In this document: positions 17,769 to 27,872 of the stretch, piece after piece
How positions within the stretch are numbered: position 1 is the first letter of the stretch
How the letters are laid out: the number at the start of each line of letters is the position of its first letter
From: a virus
DNA length: 64,000 bases
IMG/VR virus record: IMGVR_UViG_3300036828_000413
Span: 7,761 to 71,760 of that record
Direction: 5' to 3' (one strand)
Translations under genes and position numbers: made by a program
Notes under the pieces: generated by a model
Told to the model about the DNA's origin: nothing
Database searches by the model: none
The model's input: the letters and a program-made list of their open reading frames with translations, nothing else

Positions 17769-17982
17769 TTGCTCTCTCCTGGATCTGCACGAGCGCCGCC
17801 TGGGGCCACGGATCAACAGTCTGCCTGTCGTCCCAGACCACGCCGACCGTGTCAAGGAACTGGGTCTTGGTCTTGACCACGCCGCGGCGCCTGAGCCAGT
17901 CTGGCCCGGTCCTTTGCTTCCGCCTCATCATCACCCGGGCCACTCTTCCCGACAGCTTTACTCGATCTCCTATCTCCACCAT
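17737..17982 (-). CDS. Small basic hypothetical protein
   Basis: IGDRVKL...RRGVV...VGVVWD, SH3-fold-like pattern. Confidence 0.55.
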   Translation of the reverse strand: MVEIGDRVKLSGRVARVMMRRKQRTGPDWLRRRGVVKTKTQFLDTVGVVWDDRQTVDPWPQAALVQIQERANGQAAETGGQ

Positions 17983-18087
17983 GGCCTGCACCCCTCGCTG
18001 GCCCCCTGCCCCTCCGGATCAGTCTCGCGAGCCGCTCGGCGGCCCTGGCCATGGCCGCCCTCATCTGCTCGCAGGTCTCGCACGCCA

Positions 18088-18336
18088 TCACTTGGCCTTA
18101 TCTTTATCGGCTTTCTCAAGCGCGTCGATCTTCTGCCTGACCTCATTGCAGCTCTCAATCACTGCTACAAACTTGCCATCGGACATGCTGATCGCGCACT
18201 CCGCACCGGGAGCCAGGTGCTTGCCCTGGTCTTTCTCCCTCATGACGGTTATCTCATTTGGATTGATGTCAATCTCATGGCCGTCCAGACCGTGCAGCAC
18301 GATCAAGTGAAAGGCCAGAGTTATGAACGGATCCAT
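18088..18336 (-). CDS. Hypothetical protein (FlbD-like beta fold)
   Basis: L..LDG.EI.INP.EI......I.M.DGK...V.ES..EV..KI pattern. Confidence 0.6.
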   Translation of the reverse strand: MDPFITLAFHLIVLHGLDGHEIDINPNEITVMREKDQGKHLAPGAECAISMSDGKFVAVIESCNEVRQKIDALEKADKDKAK

Positions 18337-18337
18337 T

Positions 18338-18736
18338 TTATTTCGGCGCACTGCGGGCCGCGGCGGCCTCTTGGCCCTTCTTCTCCAGCGCGGCCCTCGC
18401 CTCAGCCTCGCGGCGCTGGGCCGCATCCTGCTCGTCCCACGCCCTCCTGGCCTCCGGGTTGCGGAAGATGTAGGCGCGGTTCTGGGCCTCCAGCTCGCTC
18501 GGGGTCGGCGACCTGGGATCGGGCGGCGTCCTGGCCAGGTCGATGAACTCCTGGAACATCTTGAGGCTGGTGATCACCTGGTTCTGCTGGGCGTGGCCGA
18601 CGAACTCCACCTCGCCCCTCCTGTCGAACCACTGCACGGCGCTGACGTTGCGCCCGCGCAGCACCTTGAGGTCCGCGAACATGGCCTTGCCGTCGATCAC
18701 AACCATGTTGTCTGCCGGGATGATTGATACTCTCAT
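18338..18736 (-). CDS. Putative tail fibre assembly protein
   Basis: MRVSIIP.D..V.IDG...AVQW....GEVEF pattern, downstream of fibre genes. Confidence 0.6.
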   Translation of the reverse strand: MRVSIIPADNMVVIDGKAMFADLKVLRGRNVSAVQWFDRRGEVEFVGHAQQNQVITSLKMFQEFIDLARTPPDPRSPTPSELEAQNRAYIFRNPEARRAWDEQDAAQRREAEARAALEKKGQEAAAARSAPK

Positions 18737-18737
18737 C

Positions 18738-19052
18738 TTACTGCCTCCTTCCAATTAAGCGGCCAGCGGCCATGTCTGCGGCCAGCGAGACGGCCTCGGC
18801 GACCCCCTCGACCACGCCGTTGCGGAGTGTCTCCAGCGCGGCGCCAGTCTGGCGCTGCATCTGGGCATTCTCGACCAGCAGCATGGGCAGGATCGCGATC
18901 GCGCAGTGCCAGTTGTCGAGCAACTCCTCGCTCTGCGGGTTCTTGCCGATCACGCGGGTCCACCACGGGCACTTGTGGCAGACCTCGCTGACGTCCTTCT
19001 GGTGGAGCGGGCAGACCTGGCCCGCGGCGGCGTGGGGGACTTGCTGGGTCAT
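18738..19052 (-). CDS. Cys-rich conserved phage protein following fibre gene
   Basis: CPL..C..C.WW...W.CAIA.LPMLLVEN...RQTGAA.E.LRN. Confidence 0.7.
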   Translation of the reverse strand: MTQQVPHAAAGQVCPLHQKDVSEVCHKCPWWTRVIGKNPQSEELLDNWHCAIAILPMLLVENAQMQRQTGAALETLRNGVVEGVAEAVSLAADMAAGRLIGRRQ

Positions 19053-19891
19053 CAGTTCTTGCTCGCTAGGATGACATCGCAGTATGCGATGCCCATGGTG
19101 ATCGGATGGCTGTGGGCGCCGCCGCCCGTATTGCTGGACTGGACCTGAATGTTCTGGGCGTATGAGGCGTAGCCTGCCCCGCTGATGTCATCCGCTGGTC
19201 CATTGATGCGCGGCTGCAGCGTAGTGTTGGTCGGGTCGAATTGAGAATGGGCCGAGATCCACGTCTGCTGGGAGGTCGGCACCTTCAGCAGCGAGTTGCC
19301 AGCGAAGTAGACCGTGATTGTATTGGTGGCGTTGGACAGGACGCCGGCCGCCATCTCGCCCAGGGCCAGCGTGTGGTTGCCGGTGGCCGCCTGGGCCATC
19401 ACGGTCGAGAACGGGTTGGTGCCGCCGGCCACGCCTCCGCTGCCCGAGACCACCCTCAGCGCCTTGTCGTTCTGGGTGGTCAGCTTGGTCCACCCGACCG
19501 GGGCGGCGCCCTGGTAGAACAGCATCACCGTGCCCGCCTGGATCAGCTGATCCATGCCGACGTTGGCCTGGGCCTGGAGCTTCTGGGGACCGGTCAGGGT
19601 CTGCGCGATGTCGTAGCGGACGTTGCCCTGGCCGGCCAGCGCGGCGATCTGCGCATCGGTGTAGTGCTTGTCGGTCGCGTCCGTCGGGTTTACCGGGTCT
19701 CCGAACAGGGTCAGCTGGGCCGTCATCGGAGTACTGCCGTCCGTGTAGACCGGCACGCTGCCGGGTCCGGGAGGAGCCACGCCGTGCGTGGTCCACGTAG
19801 TGCCGTTCCACGTGTACTGCGGCACTCCGGGAGCCGGCGAGGTTGGGTACTTGTCACCCACCGTGGGAGTATTCGGAAAGTTGAGGGCCAT
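19052..19891 (-). CDS. Tail fibre / collar-like protein
   Basis: MALNFPNTP N-motif. GTVMLFYQGAAPVGWTK collar-like segment and C-terminal HSH. Confidence 0.75.
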   Translation of the reverse strand: MALNFPNTPTVGDKYPTSPAPGVPQYTWNGTTWTTHGVAPPGPGSVPVYTDGSTPMTAQLTLFGDPVNPTDATDKHYTDAQIAALAGQGNVRYDIAQTLTGPQKLQAQANVGMDQLIQAGTVMLFYQGAAPVGWTKLTTQNDKALRVVSGSGGVAGGTNPFSTVMAQAATGNHTLALGEMAAGVLSNATNTITVYFAGNSLLKVPTSQQTWISAHSQFDPTNTTLQPRINGPADDISGAGYASYAQNIQVQSSNTGGGAHSHPITMGIAYCDVILASKN

Positions 19892-20760
19892 CAGGCGTAC
19901 CTCCCGCGTGGGTCGATCCAGCCGAAGGTGTTGAGATAGAGCGTCGGGTTGGTGCCGCCGCCGCGCGCGGCTATCTGGCCAGAGAGGTTGGAGCGAACGT
20001 TGAACCTGCCGCCCGCAAACTGGCTGGCCGCCTGCAAGACCATCTCAATGCCGGCACCTGCGCCGCCCGGAGCCTGGTCGGTCTCATCCGGGCAGAAGAA
20101 ACTGACCATGTTCTGGTTGGTCGATCCGTCGATCGCCGCCCTGAACAGGGCATTCACCGTGATGCCGGTCGGTATGGTCAGCGAGAACAGTGTCCTTGGA
20201 GTGAGCGAGAGCGCCACGCCGTTCGCGTCGGCGACGGTCGTGAGCCAGATGAATTCATCGCCGAATTGGGAGAAGGCAGTCCACTGGCCCGAGGCGTTGG
20301 TCCGCATACTCCCGATGCGCCGGGCCAGGCTGTAGCCGCCGGGCAGCGTCGGCGCAGTCGGCGACAGAGAGACGAGCGCATCCACGACGGACGTGTCCAC
20401 CCGCTTGATCGCGTGGGCGTGGTACCAGGTGCTGTTGGCGATCGCGCCGGTGTCCAGACCCCCGTTGCCACCGCCCACTGCCCACGCGGCCGTCGTCTTG
20501 CTGATCGACGCCGCCAGCGTCATCATGTCCGTGAACGATGAGTCGCAGGCCTGGCCCGCCGCCACTGAGAAGGTGGCCGAGGACCCTGCCGTCGAGAGCG
20601 TCATGCCGTGCAGCGCACCGCGGACGACCGGTATGAGCCCGCTCGACCAGCCGCCAGGCATCCACTCACTGCCGTCCCAGCGCCACACTGGCACGCCCGC
20701 CACGGCTGGGTTCGGAAACAGCTGGCCAACGCTAGGCGTGTTTGGGAAGTCGAGTGCCAT
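19891..20760 (-). CDS. Tail fibre-associated protein
   Basis: MALDFPNTP N-motif. Body homologous to the C-terminus of 20761-23694. Confidence 0.7.
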   Translation of the reverse strand: MALDFPNTPSVGQLFPNPAVAGVPVWRWDGSEWMPGGWSSGLIPVVRGALHGMTLSTAGSSATFSVAAGQACDSSFTDMMTLAASISKTTAAWAVGGGNGGLDTGAIANSTWYHAHAIKRVDTSVVDALVSLSPTAPTLPGGYSLARRIGSMRTNASGQWTAFSQFGDEFIWLTTVADANGVALSLTPRTLFSLTIPTGITVNALFRAAIDGSTNQNMVSFFCPDETDQAPGGAGAGIEMVLQAASQFAGGRFNVRSNLSGQIAARGGGTNPTLYLNTFGWIDPRGRYA

Positions 20761-23694
20761 TTAGAAGCTCTTGCCCCGGTCGTCTGCGTAGCCCTCTGTG
20801 GCAAAGAAATAGGCGTTGCCGCCGAACTCAGATATGGCGACTTGCGCGCCGGTGTTGGTTAGCGTTCGCTGGCTGCTCCACTGGCCACGGGTCGTGGTGC
20901 CGTTGGCCAGCGTGCCGCCGAACAACGGTTGGCCCAAGCCGGCCTGCGTGGCCCTGGCGCTTTGAAGATCGGGCGACCTGACGCTGACCGTGACCTGATT
21001 GCCACTGCCGAATACGGTCATGTCCAAGAACGGCTCCACGCGCACGCCGGTTGGGACGCCGGCCAGCGTGAAGTTCGCATCGGTCGTAGACGGAGTAATG
21101 CTTTCCGTGACCGGCGCCACCCAATAGAAGAAGTCGCCGTACTGATTGAACGCGGTCCACAAACTGCTGGCCGTCTTGACGCTGCCGATCCGGCGGAACA
21201 GCGTGTAGTTGGCGGGCAGGGTCGGTGCGGTCGCCGAGAGCGAGAACAGCACGTCGACCACCTGGGTGTCGAGCCGCTTGATCAGGTGGACGTGGTACCA
21301 CGCGGCGGCCGATATGGTGCCGGTATCCAGACCCCCGTTGCCGCTGCCTGCCGCCCACGCGCTGGTCGTCTTGCTGATCGCAGAGGCCAGGGTCATCATG
21401 TCGGAGTTGGTGCCGTCTGCGGCCTGGCCCGGCGCCACCGAGAACGTCGCGCTCGAGCCCGCGGTCGAGAGGACCAGCCCAGCGAGGTAGGATCGAACGA
21501 CGTTTGCCGCGGAGTGGGACGCCGCGAACACCCACTGCGAGCTGGTGCCGTCGTTGTAGTAGACGTACATCTGGCCGTTGGCGCTGTTCCACCACAATGA
21601 TCCAGCGGCCGCGCCAACGGGCGCAGTGTCCTGGACGTAGACCGAGGCGCCGCCACTGACGGCCGACCATGCGCCGTTCTTGCGGCCATAGGTGTTGCTG
21701 TCCGAGGGCGCATCCGACAGCTTGGTGGTGTCGCTGGGATGGACGTGGTCCTGGCGCGCAAAGCGCAGCGAGGTCCCGATGGCCACTGAGCCATTCATCA
21801 ACGGATTGGCGTTGGCGGCCTGGCCCGCCACGAACGCCGTGGTCGCGAGCAGGGCCGTGTTGTCATTGGCGGCCGGTGTGGGCGCGGCCGGTGTGCCAGT
21901 GAACGTGGGCGAGGCCAAAGGGGCCTTGGTCGTGTCGCTGGGGTGGACGTGGTCCCCTCTGGAGTAGGCAGTGGCCGTGCCGGCCGCGCCCACGCCATCC
22001 ATCGCCGGAGTGGTCGTGGACGGGGCGGCTATGCCCGCGCCAGCGATCGCGCCTCCGACGAACGCGGTCGTGGCCAGCTTGGTGGAGGAGTCGCCCGCCG
22101 TGGGCGTGCTGGCCGTGGTCGGCACCCCAGTGAACGCAGGGGACGCCAGGGGAGCTCGCGTGGTGTCTGTGGGGTGGACGTGGTCCGCGCGGGCAAAGTG
22201 CGTAGACGCTCCCCGCACCGCAGTCCCGTCCATGGCCGGGGTACCGTCACCCGCCGCACTGGCCTGTCCTACCACGTAGGCCGTGGTCGCGATCTTGGTG
22301 GTGTTGTCGTCGACCGCTGGAGTCGGGGCAGTGGGCGCGCCGGAGAATGCTGGAGAGTTGAGTGGCGCCTTGGTATCGGCGTACTGCTTGGTGGCCGCGC
22401 CCAGGGGCACCGTCGGATCGGCGCTGAGGACCAGCGCACCCGTCATGGTGCCGCCACTCAGACCAACGACCTTGCCCCACGCCAGGCTCGATCTGCCATA
22501 GAAGAAGCCGTCGTTCGGTGCGTCCGCGATCGCGTGGGTGTCGACGTAGTGCTTGGTGGCGGCGTCGTTGGTGCCTGTGGGATCAGCGCTGAGCGTCAAG
22601 ACGCCGGTGAGCGTGCCGCCTCCGATCGGCAATACCTGGCTCCACGCCAGACTGGCCCGACCGTAGGTCTTGCCGTCGTTCGGAGCATCGGCGATGCCGC
22701 CGCTGTGAAGATCAACGTAGTTCTTGGTGGCGGCCTGTAGGCTGGCAGTCGGATCGGCGTAGAGCGTCAGCGCGCCGGTCATGGTGCCGCCAGACACCGG
22801 CAGGTAGCCGGCGAGGTCTGGGATCGGCGCCGCGATCACCCACTGGTGGGAGTCACCGTCGAAGTAGTAGACGTACAGGCAGCCATCCGTGGTATTCCAC
22901 CACAGCGTGTTGTTGTCTATGCCGGTGGGCGGCGTGTCGCCCACGTAGACTTGGGAGGTGATGCCACCCGGAGAGCCTGAGGACGCGACCAGCGCCCACA
23001 GCCCAGCAGACAAGTCGGCCGCGAAGTCGATGCCGGAGATGTGACCCGCCGTGGGCACGTAGGACGCACCGGAGTGCGTCACCAGCGAGGCAGGCGGTCC
23101 CGTAGTGTAGGCCGTGCTGGTCGCCCACGGAACTGGCGGGGTCGACCACGGAGGAGGGCCGCTTGGACCGATCGGCCCGGCCGGTCCCACCGGCCCTACG
23201 ATCGAAGTGCCCGTGCCCCACGGCGTGGTACCGGTCGAGGACTTCGGCCCATAGATCACGTGGTTGGTGGTGTCGATGTAGAAGTCGCCGGGCGTGCCGA
23301 GAGGATTGGTTGGCGGCCCTGAGCCGTTTCTGATGGTGTTGCCTGGCGCGCCCACCGGGCCTTGCGGTCCTACCGGCCCGACTGGACCAATGGGACCAAT
23401 CAGCGAGAAGCCGGGCGGCCACGCGCCGCCGGCCTTCGGGCCATACATCAAGGCGGTGCGCAGATCGATGTAGAAGTCGCCATTGATCCCGAAGGAGTTG
23501 GCCGGTGGCCCATTGCCGTACAGCACGGAGTTTCCGCGAGGACCGGGCGGCCCCTGGTCTCCCGTAATGATGTCCGTGGGAGCGTCACCGTCCTCGACCT
23601 CTACGTCGCCCTCAAATGGGTCTTGGATGATCTCAACGTCGCCGATGTCGTCGAGCACTACAACGTCGCCGCTCGGAGACAGGCCATTGGTCAT
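20761..23694 (-). CDS. Long modular tail fibre protein
   Basis: Repeated modules: GDFYID..YGPK x2, GGTMTG..AATK.YVD x3, APLASP.F.G.PT x3, DHVHP x3, short collagen stretches. Confidence 0.85.
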   Translation of the reverse strand: MTNGLSPSGDVVVLDDIGDVEIIQDPFEGDVEVEDGDAPTDIITGDQGPPGPRGNSVLYGNGPPANSFGINGDFYIDLRTALMYGPKAGGAWPPGFSLIGPIGPVGPVGPQGPVGAPGNTIRNGSGPPTNPLGTPGDFYIDTTNHVIYGPKSSTGTTPWGTGTSIVGPVGPAGPIGPSGPPPWSTPPVPWATSTAYTTGPPASLVTHSGASYVPTAGHISGIDFAADLSAGLWALVASSGSPGGITSQVYVGDTPPTGIDNNTLWWNTTDGCLYVYYFDGDSHQWVIAAPIPDLAGYLPVSGGTMTGALTLYADPTASLQAATKNYVDLHSGGIADAPNDGKTYGRASLAWSQVLPIGGGTLTGVLTLSADPTGTNDAATKHYVDTHAIADAPNDGFFYGRSSLAWGKVVGLSGGTMTGALVLSADPTVPLGAATKQYADTKAPLNSPAFSGAPTAPTPAVDDNTTKIATTAYVVGQASAAGDGTPAMDGTAVRGASTHFARADHVHPTDTTRAPLASPAFTGVPTTASTPTAGDSSTKLATTAFVGGAIAGAGIAAPSTTTPAMDGVGAAGTATAYSRGDHVHPSDTTKAPLASPTFTGTPAAPTPAANDNTALLATTAFVAGQAANANPLMNGSVAIGTSLRFARQDHVHPSDTTKLSDAPSDSNTYGRKNGAWSAVSGGASVYVQDTAPVGAAAGSLWWNSANGQMYVYYNDGTSSQWVFAASHSAANVVRSYLAGLVLSTAGSSATFSVAPGQAADGTNSDMMTLASAISKTTSAWAAGSGNGGLDTGTISAAAWYHVHLIKRLDTQVVDVLFSLSATAPTLPANYTLFRRIGSVKTASSLWTAFNQYGDFFYWVAPVTESITPSTTDANFTLAGVPTGVRVEPFLDMTVFGSGNQVTVSVRSPDLQSARATQAGLGQPLFGGTLANGTTTRGQWSSQRTLTNTGAQVAISEFGGNAYFFATEGYADDRGKSF

Positions 23695-24038
23695 CGCGAT
23701 GGTCCCGCCTCAACGACCAAGACGCCAGACCAGATCTTCTTCTTGATGCTGTTGATCGTCATGATCAGAGACTGGTCATAGGACCCGAGCGAGAGTTGGA
23801 GCAAGTTGTCCTGAATAATCAGAATGGTGAATTGTCCTCCCACGGGATTGGTGATTGTGATCTCACCAGTGTCGGTCGAGAGCGTCAGGAACGCGGTCGC
23901 GTCCTCCGCGTGGCGGCGCAGCTTCATCACCATGTCCACGCCGGTCAAGTCTATCGGACTTCCGGTCGTCTTCGTCTTGTAGACGAAGCTGCGATAGAAG
24001 TCTGCGTCGTTCGCGCAGGTGATGTTGCAGATCGCCAT
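23691..24038 (-). CDS. Fibre/baseplate attachment protein (BppU-N-like)
   Basis: PIDLTG..M.LR...LST..G.I.IT...G.F.I...YD pattern. Confidence 0.6.
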   Translation of the reverse strand: MAICNITCANDADFYRSFVYKTKTTGSPIDLTGVDMVMKLRRHAEDATAFLTLSTDTGEITITNPVGGQFTILIIQDNLLQLSLGSYDQSLIMTINSIKKKIWSGVLVVEAGPSR

Positions 24039-24040
24039 AT

Positions 24041-24634
24041 CTAGAGACCCACGTAGGCCGAGTCGATTTCGGATGGCAGCGTGATGACGTTGGTCAAAAT
24101 CTTGTTGGCGGTGTCCGAGAACACCGTGTAGCAAGTGTTGGTGTGGTCGCCGACCGTCTTGCCCATCTCGATCATCTGTGCCGCATCGAGGTCATAGAAG
24201 TTGCCGTCTGAGCCAAACCACTTGGTCGTGAAAGTCGGATCGGCCAGCGCCAGCGTGTAGCCGCCCTGGATCAGGTTGCGCGAATAGTCGTCGGTCTTGA
24301 CCGGCACGCCAGCCGCAATCATACCGCTGTTGACGTGGTTGAACCTCGTCAGGGCGTTGTAGTTATCCAGCTGGTACTTGTAGTATTGGTTCTCCGCAGG
24401 CTGCGACATGGTCGTACCATTCCACAGCCACGCCGGCATGAAGCGGAATGTGAAGTCCCAGATCTCGCTCTCGTCCGCAGCCGCATAGGGTGACTCTCCA
24501 ATGCTCGTGACCCAATTGCCGTAGTCCACGTCGGTGGCTGGATCAACGTAGATGTTTCGCCTCGATCCGTAGACCATTCCGGCAGTGGTAGCGACCGACC
24601 AGTACCAATCTTGTTCCTTGAATTGACCGGGCAT
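24041..24634 (-). CDS. DUF4376-like tail fibre chaperone
   Basis: V.TDD.SR..I.G...W...DG.F..LDA.Q....G..V..H...C pattern. Confidence 0.7.
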   Translation of the reverse strand: MPGQFKEQDWYWSVATTAGMVYGSRRNIYVDPATDVDYGNWVTSIGESPYAAADESEIWDFTFRFMPAWLWNGTTMSQPAENQYYKYQLDNYNALTRFNHVNSGMIAAGVPVKTDDYSRNLIQGGYTLALADPTFTTKWFGSDGNFYDLDAAQMIEMGKTVGDHTNTCYTVFSDTANKILTNVITLPSEIDSAYVGL

Positions 24635-24646
24635 ATTTTCAATCCT

Positions 24647-26002
24647 TTAGTTGGAAGCGTACTGACCACCCGTGTCCTGCCACCCAGCCGCACTCCCCGG
24701 AAGATAGCTCAGGGGGATGCCACCGCCCGCGATGATGCCGTTCCATCTGATCATGTACTTGTAGCCGCTGACGTAACCTGGATTGACGAACGTCATCTGG
24801 TATGGGGTTGGAATCAGGATGGTCGAGTCCGGACCGCAGGCCGCAAAGGCTTGAGTGACCGTCATGGCGCCCAGGAACGTCCACACCCTCTGGCGCACTA
24901 CGTAGTGACCTGGCGCGTCCCAGTACTGCGGCTGCATCTGGCCACTATAGATCGACTGCATGCCGTAGGCGCCGGAGTGGCCGGCGCCAAACGTGTGTGC
25001 GCCCGGATAGATGATCCCGCCGAACGAACACCAGACCGCGTTGCGAACAGTGCCGTTGGTCTGACAGTCGTCGGTCCAGATCTGGCCTCCGTTCGCACTG
25101 TAGAAGGCATTGTTGTTGATGTCACCGGTGCCGACGGATATGCCAATGCCCTTGACCGTGACACGATTCGGGCTGTCCAAGTGGACGGTGTTAGCGACTC
25201 CGGTGGGAAGCCCAGTGACGAACGTGTTCGTCATGCTCGCGCCGATGTAGCTGACCGCCGGCCCAGGCACGGGCGGAATGATGATCTGCTCAGGATAGGT
25301 GCCGGCTGCGATCATGACCGTGGCCGTATAGACTGACGGACCATATTGAAAGATCGTTGCGGTCGCCTTACCGATGGTCTTAAACGGTCCATGCGGTCCC
25401 GAGACGGTCGCGGTCGTGCCGTCGTACAGCGTGTCGCTGCCGATCCCACCATTGACGTACCACACTGTGTTCGCAGTCAGGATCGGCAGAAAGCCTGGGC
25501 CACCCCCACCGCCTGCCGCAGCGAAGTTGATGCCGTAGAGCTCAAAGTTGTTGTGGAGCTTGCTGTAGGTCAGCAGCGACTTGTAGTTCGCGGGCATGTC
25601 GCCGGCCTGCAGCGGATCGCCTCCCCTCCGCACGATATTCTTGAACCCAAGACCGCTGACGTTGATGGTCGATGGACCGGTATTGGCATTGGCTGGGATG
25701 ACCCAGATCGCCAAACCGTCCCAGTACTGGAGCGGGGGAGGAGACAGGGCGATCGAGTAAGCATTGGCCGACCCAGTGTCAAGTCCGTAGGTCAATTGGC
25801 CGGACTGGATGCCTCTGGCCAGTTGGTTCAGGTCTGCGTTGTCCGGCACGATCCCCGTGTTGTTGATCAGGTTGACGATCTCTCGCTGGGGAAACTCGAT
25901 GGAGGCCGCCGGAGGAATTGATCCAGGAGTCGCGGTGGCTGGATTTCCGTTTACGTATGCGGCGTTCGGATCGCTGACGCCGTATGGAGCGTTATATTTC
26001 AT
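24647..26002 (-). CDS. Tail fibre protein (Mu gpS position)
   Basis: GSIPPAASIE.PQREIVN N-terminus, DTGSANAY..NTGPSTINV, beta-helix-like C-terminus. Confidence 0.8.
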   Translation of the reverse strand: MKYNAPYGVSDPNAAYVNGNPATATPGSIPPAASIEFPQREIVNLINNTGIVPDNADLNQLARGIQSGQLTYGLDTGSANAYSIALSPPPLQYWDGLAIWVIPANANTGPSTINVSGLGFKNIVRRGGDPLQAGDMPANYKSLLTYSKLHNNFELYGINFAAAGGGGGPGFLPILTANTVWYVNGGIGSDTLYDGTTATVSGPHGPFKTIGKATATIFQYGPSVYTATVMIAAGTYPEQIIIPPVPGPAVSYIGASMTNTFVTGLPTGVANTVHLDSPNRVTVKGIGISVGTGDINNNAFYSANGGQIWTDDCQTNGTVRNAVWCSFGGIIYPGAHTFGAGHSGAYGMQSIYSGQMQPQYWDAPGHYVVRQRVWTFLGAMTVTQAFAACGPDSTILIPTPYQMTFVNPGYVSGYKYMIRWNGIIAGGGIPLSYLPGSAAGWQDTGGQYASN

Positions 26003-26011
26003 GGCTGCCTC

Positions 26012-26791
26012 TCACGGTGTTCCGGCCATAGGATCACTTGGTGTTTGAACATTGGAGTAATCATAGACTATCTCGGTGTGGGCTGGCTTCCATCTGTTCA
26101 AGACGCACTCCAGGTCTTGGGCTATCCCGATGCGGAGGTGGGGATCGACGCCGCACTGTCCCGAGGCGCACCTGAACCACGACAAGTTGGATTGGTGTAC
26201 GTGGACCGTCCAGAAAAATCGGTTCGTGTCGGGTCCCAGTCCATAGTTGGGATACTCAGACAACTCACCATTCGCAACTCTCTCTCCGTTCGGGTCATAG
26301 ATGGGCAGGTAGCCACGGACGAACATGTCCGAGAACATCGGGTCACTGCCGTCTCCGTAGACCCGGTTGTCCCCGCAGCGATCGAGCCCAACCATGAATG
26401 GTCGGTACTCAGTGATCGTTATGTCATAGCCGATCTTGGCTGCAAAGTCGATGTAGAACTGCCTGGACTGAGAGCCCAGGAGGGTCATCCTCTGGACCAG
26501 TGCGATCTGGCGCTCCTGGACCGTCTGGGGCGCCGTATAGCATGGGTCTGGCAGTCCCCAGTTGCGCTCCCAGTCGGGCAACAGCTCTACGGTAATTCTC
26601 GGATCACTCTCCCTCTCCAGGAGGTCTGCGGCTCGACCGTCTACGTAGCCCCAGTACTCACACAAACCGTCGCAGGCCTGCCACAAGAAGCTCCCGATGG
26701 AGTGCTTCGGCCACGCCTGGCCATTGGGCAGCAGCGAGAAGAAGGCCTCTCGATAGTTGCTGCCTGATCTGCGGACGTGGCGGTCACTCAT
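26012..26791 (-). CDS. Baseplate protein Mu gp48-like (DUF2313/YmfQ)
   Basis: LLP.GQAWP...LLERESDP....ELLPDWER.WGLPD.C...KPAHT. Confidence 0.9.
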   Translation of the reverse strand: MSDRHVRRSGSNYREAFFSLLPNGQAWPKHSIGSFLWQACDGLCEYWGYVDGRAADLLERESDPRITVELLPDWERNWGLPDPCYTAPQTVQERQIALVQRMTLLGSQSRQFYIDFAAKIGYDITITEYRPFMVGLDRCGDNRVYGDGSDPMFSDMFVRGYLPIYDPNGERVANGELSEYPNYGLGPDTNRFFWTVHVHQSNLSWFRCASGQCGVDPHLRIGIAQDLECVLNRWKPAHTEIVYDYSNVQTPSDPMAGTP

Positions 26792-27872
26792 AGGAGATGG
26801 TACCCAAGACTGCCATGTTGCCGTCGCTGTCCATCACGACGTCCTCGATCGGACTTGCCAAATAGAACGACTGGACAGATGGGGCATTCATGATCGCATA
26901 GTTGATCCAGGACGCATAGATGGTTTGGCCGGGAGCGGCCCTGAGCTTCAGCATGTTTTGGATGGAGAGCTCGATCTCTGCCTTCACCTCGTCGGTATTT
27001 GGAACGAGGTTGCTGATGGTGACGTCGACGAACTGCTTGATCGGGGCGACCACGTAGCAGTCCTTGACCGTGACCGGTCTGACCTTGTCGATGTAGCCAG
27101 CGACGGTCTCGATGTCTCCTGGAGTTGGCCACCCGTCGTCGCTGGCCCTCAAGTCATCCATCAAGAACCAGACCACTATGGTGCCGATCCCCATTCCGTT
27201 GCCCTTGGCCCACGCCCTGGTCACTCCGGGAATGGCCAGCGCCCACATCTCGTAGTCGGTGAGGTCTCCGCCCATTGGCGGCTGCCTGATCCGACGCAGT
27301 ATCCTGGACCTCAGCTCGTCGTTGGTCTCTACGTCGGTCCCACCATCCATTGTGACTACTGTGGTCGAGGGGTCCACCCCTGGGGGAGCGGCCAAGAAGC
27401 CCAGGGTGTCCTCCGGCTCCATATTGCCGACCGTGCCGCCGTCCAGTGCGGTGACCGGGAGCTCGGTGGGCCCAGACCCAACTACCATTTGGGCGGTGAC
27501 TTGGTATGTGGCGTTCTGGGAACCAGTGGCGCCCAACAGAGCGCCGGCAGGAATGATGCTTCCATTCACCCCCGTGGCTGCGACAGATCCAGTAGCCAGT
27601 GAGGCCTGCTTCCTCCCAGTGCTCCCATCCGCATTGACCAGCCAAATGTTGCCGAACCTGTCTAGCCACTCGTCCTCAGCTGTGTCAGGCATGAGCTGGA
27701 GTGCCAGCCAGTCCACGTACTCCAGCGTAAGGAAGCACAGCGCACCCTGGGTGTCGCTCATGACCCTCAGCACACTGTTTGGTACGGTCGCGTCACTTCC
27801 TGGAAGCGAGCCATGGATGCTGTCCCTGACCAGGCTCCTGACTTCTCTCAGGGTTGGGGTGTTCCATGGCAT
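26784..27872 (-). CDS. Baseplate J-like protein (Mu gp47)
   Basis: PDTAE.EWLD, GG.D.ET..ELRSRIL.RI..PP.GG...DYE.WAL..PGV.RAW. Confidence 0.92.
   Translation of the reverse strand: MPWNTPTLREVRSLVRDSIHGSLPGSDATVPNSVLRVMSDTQGALCFLTLEYVDWLALQLMPDTAEDEWLDRFGNIWLVNADGSTGRKQASLATGSVAATGVNGSIIPAGALLGATGSQNATYQVTAQMVVGSGPTELPVTALDGGTVGNMEPEDTLGFLAAPPGVDPSTTVVTMDGGTDVETNDELRSRILRRIRQPPMGGDLTDYEMWALAIPGVTRAWAKGNGMGIGTIVVWFLMDDLRASDDGWPTPGDIETVAGYIDKVRPVTVKDCYVVAPIKQFVDVTISNLVPNTDEVKAEIELSIQNMLKLRAAPGQTIYASWINYAIMNAPSVQSFYLASPIEDVVMDSDGNMAVLGTISYE

Noticed and set aside
20260-21480. Fibre-domain duplication as a DGR template/variable repeat pair
   Set aside because: No reverse transcriptase in the window, both copies are coding, and differences are not confined to adenines.
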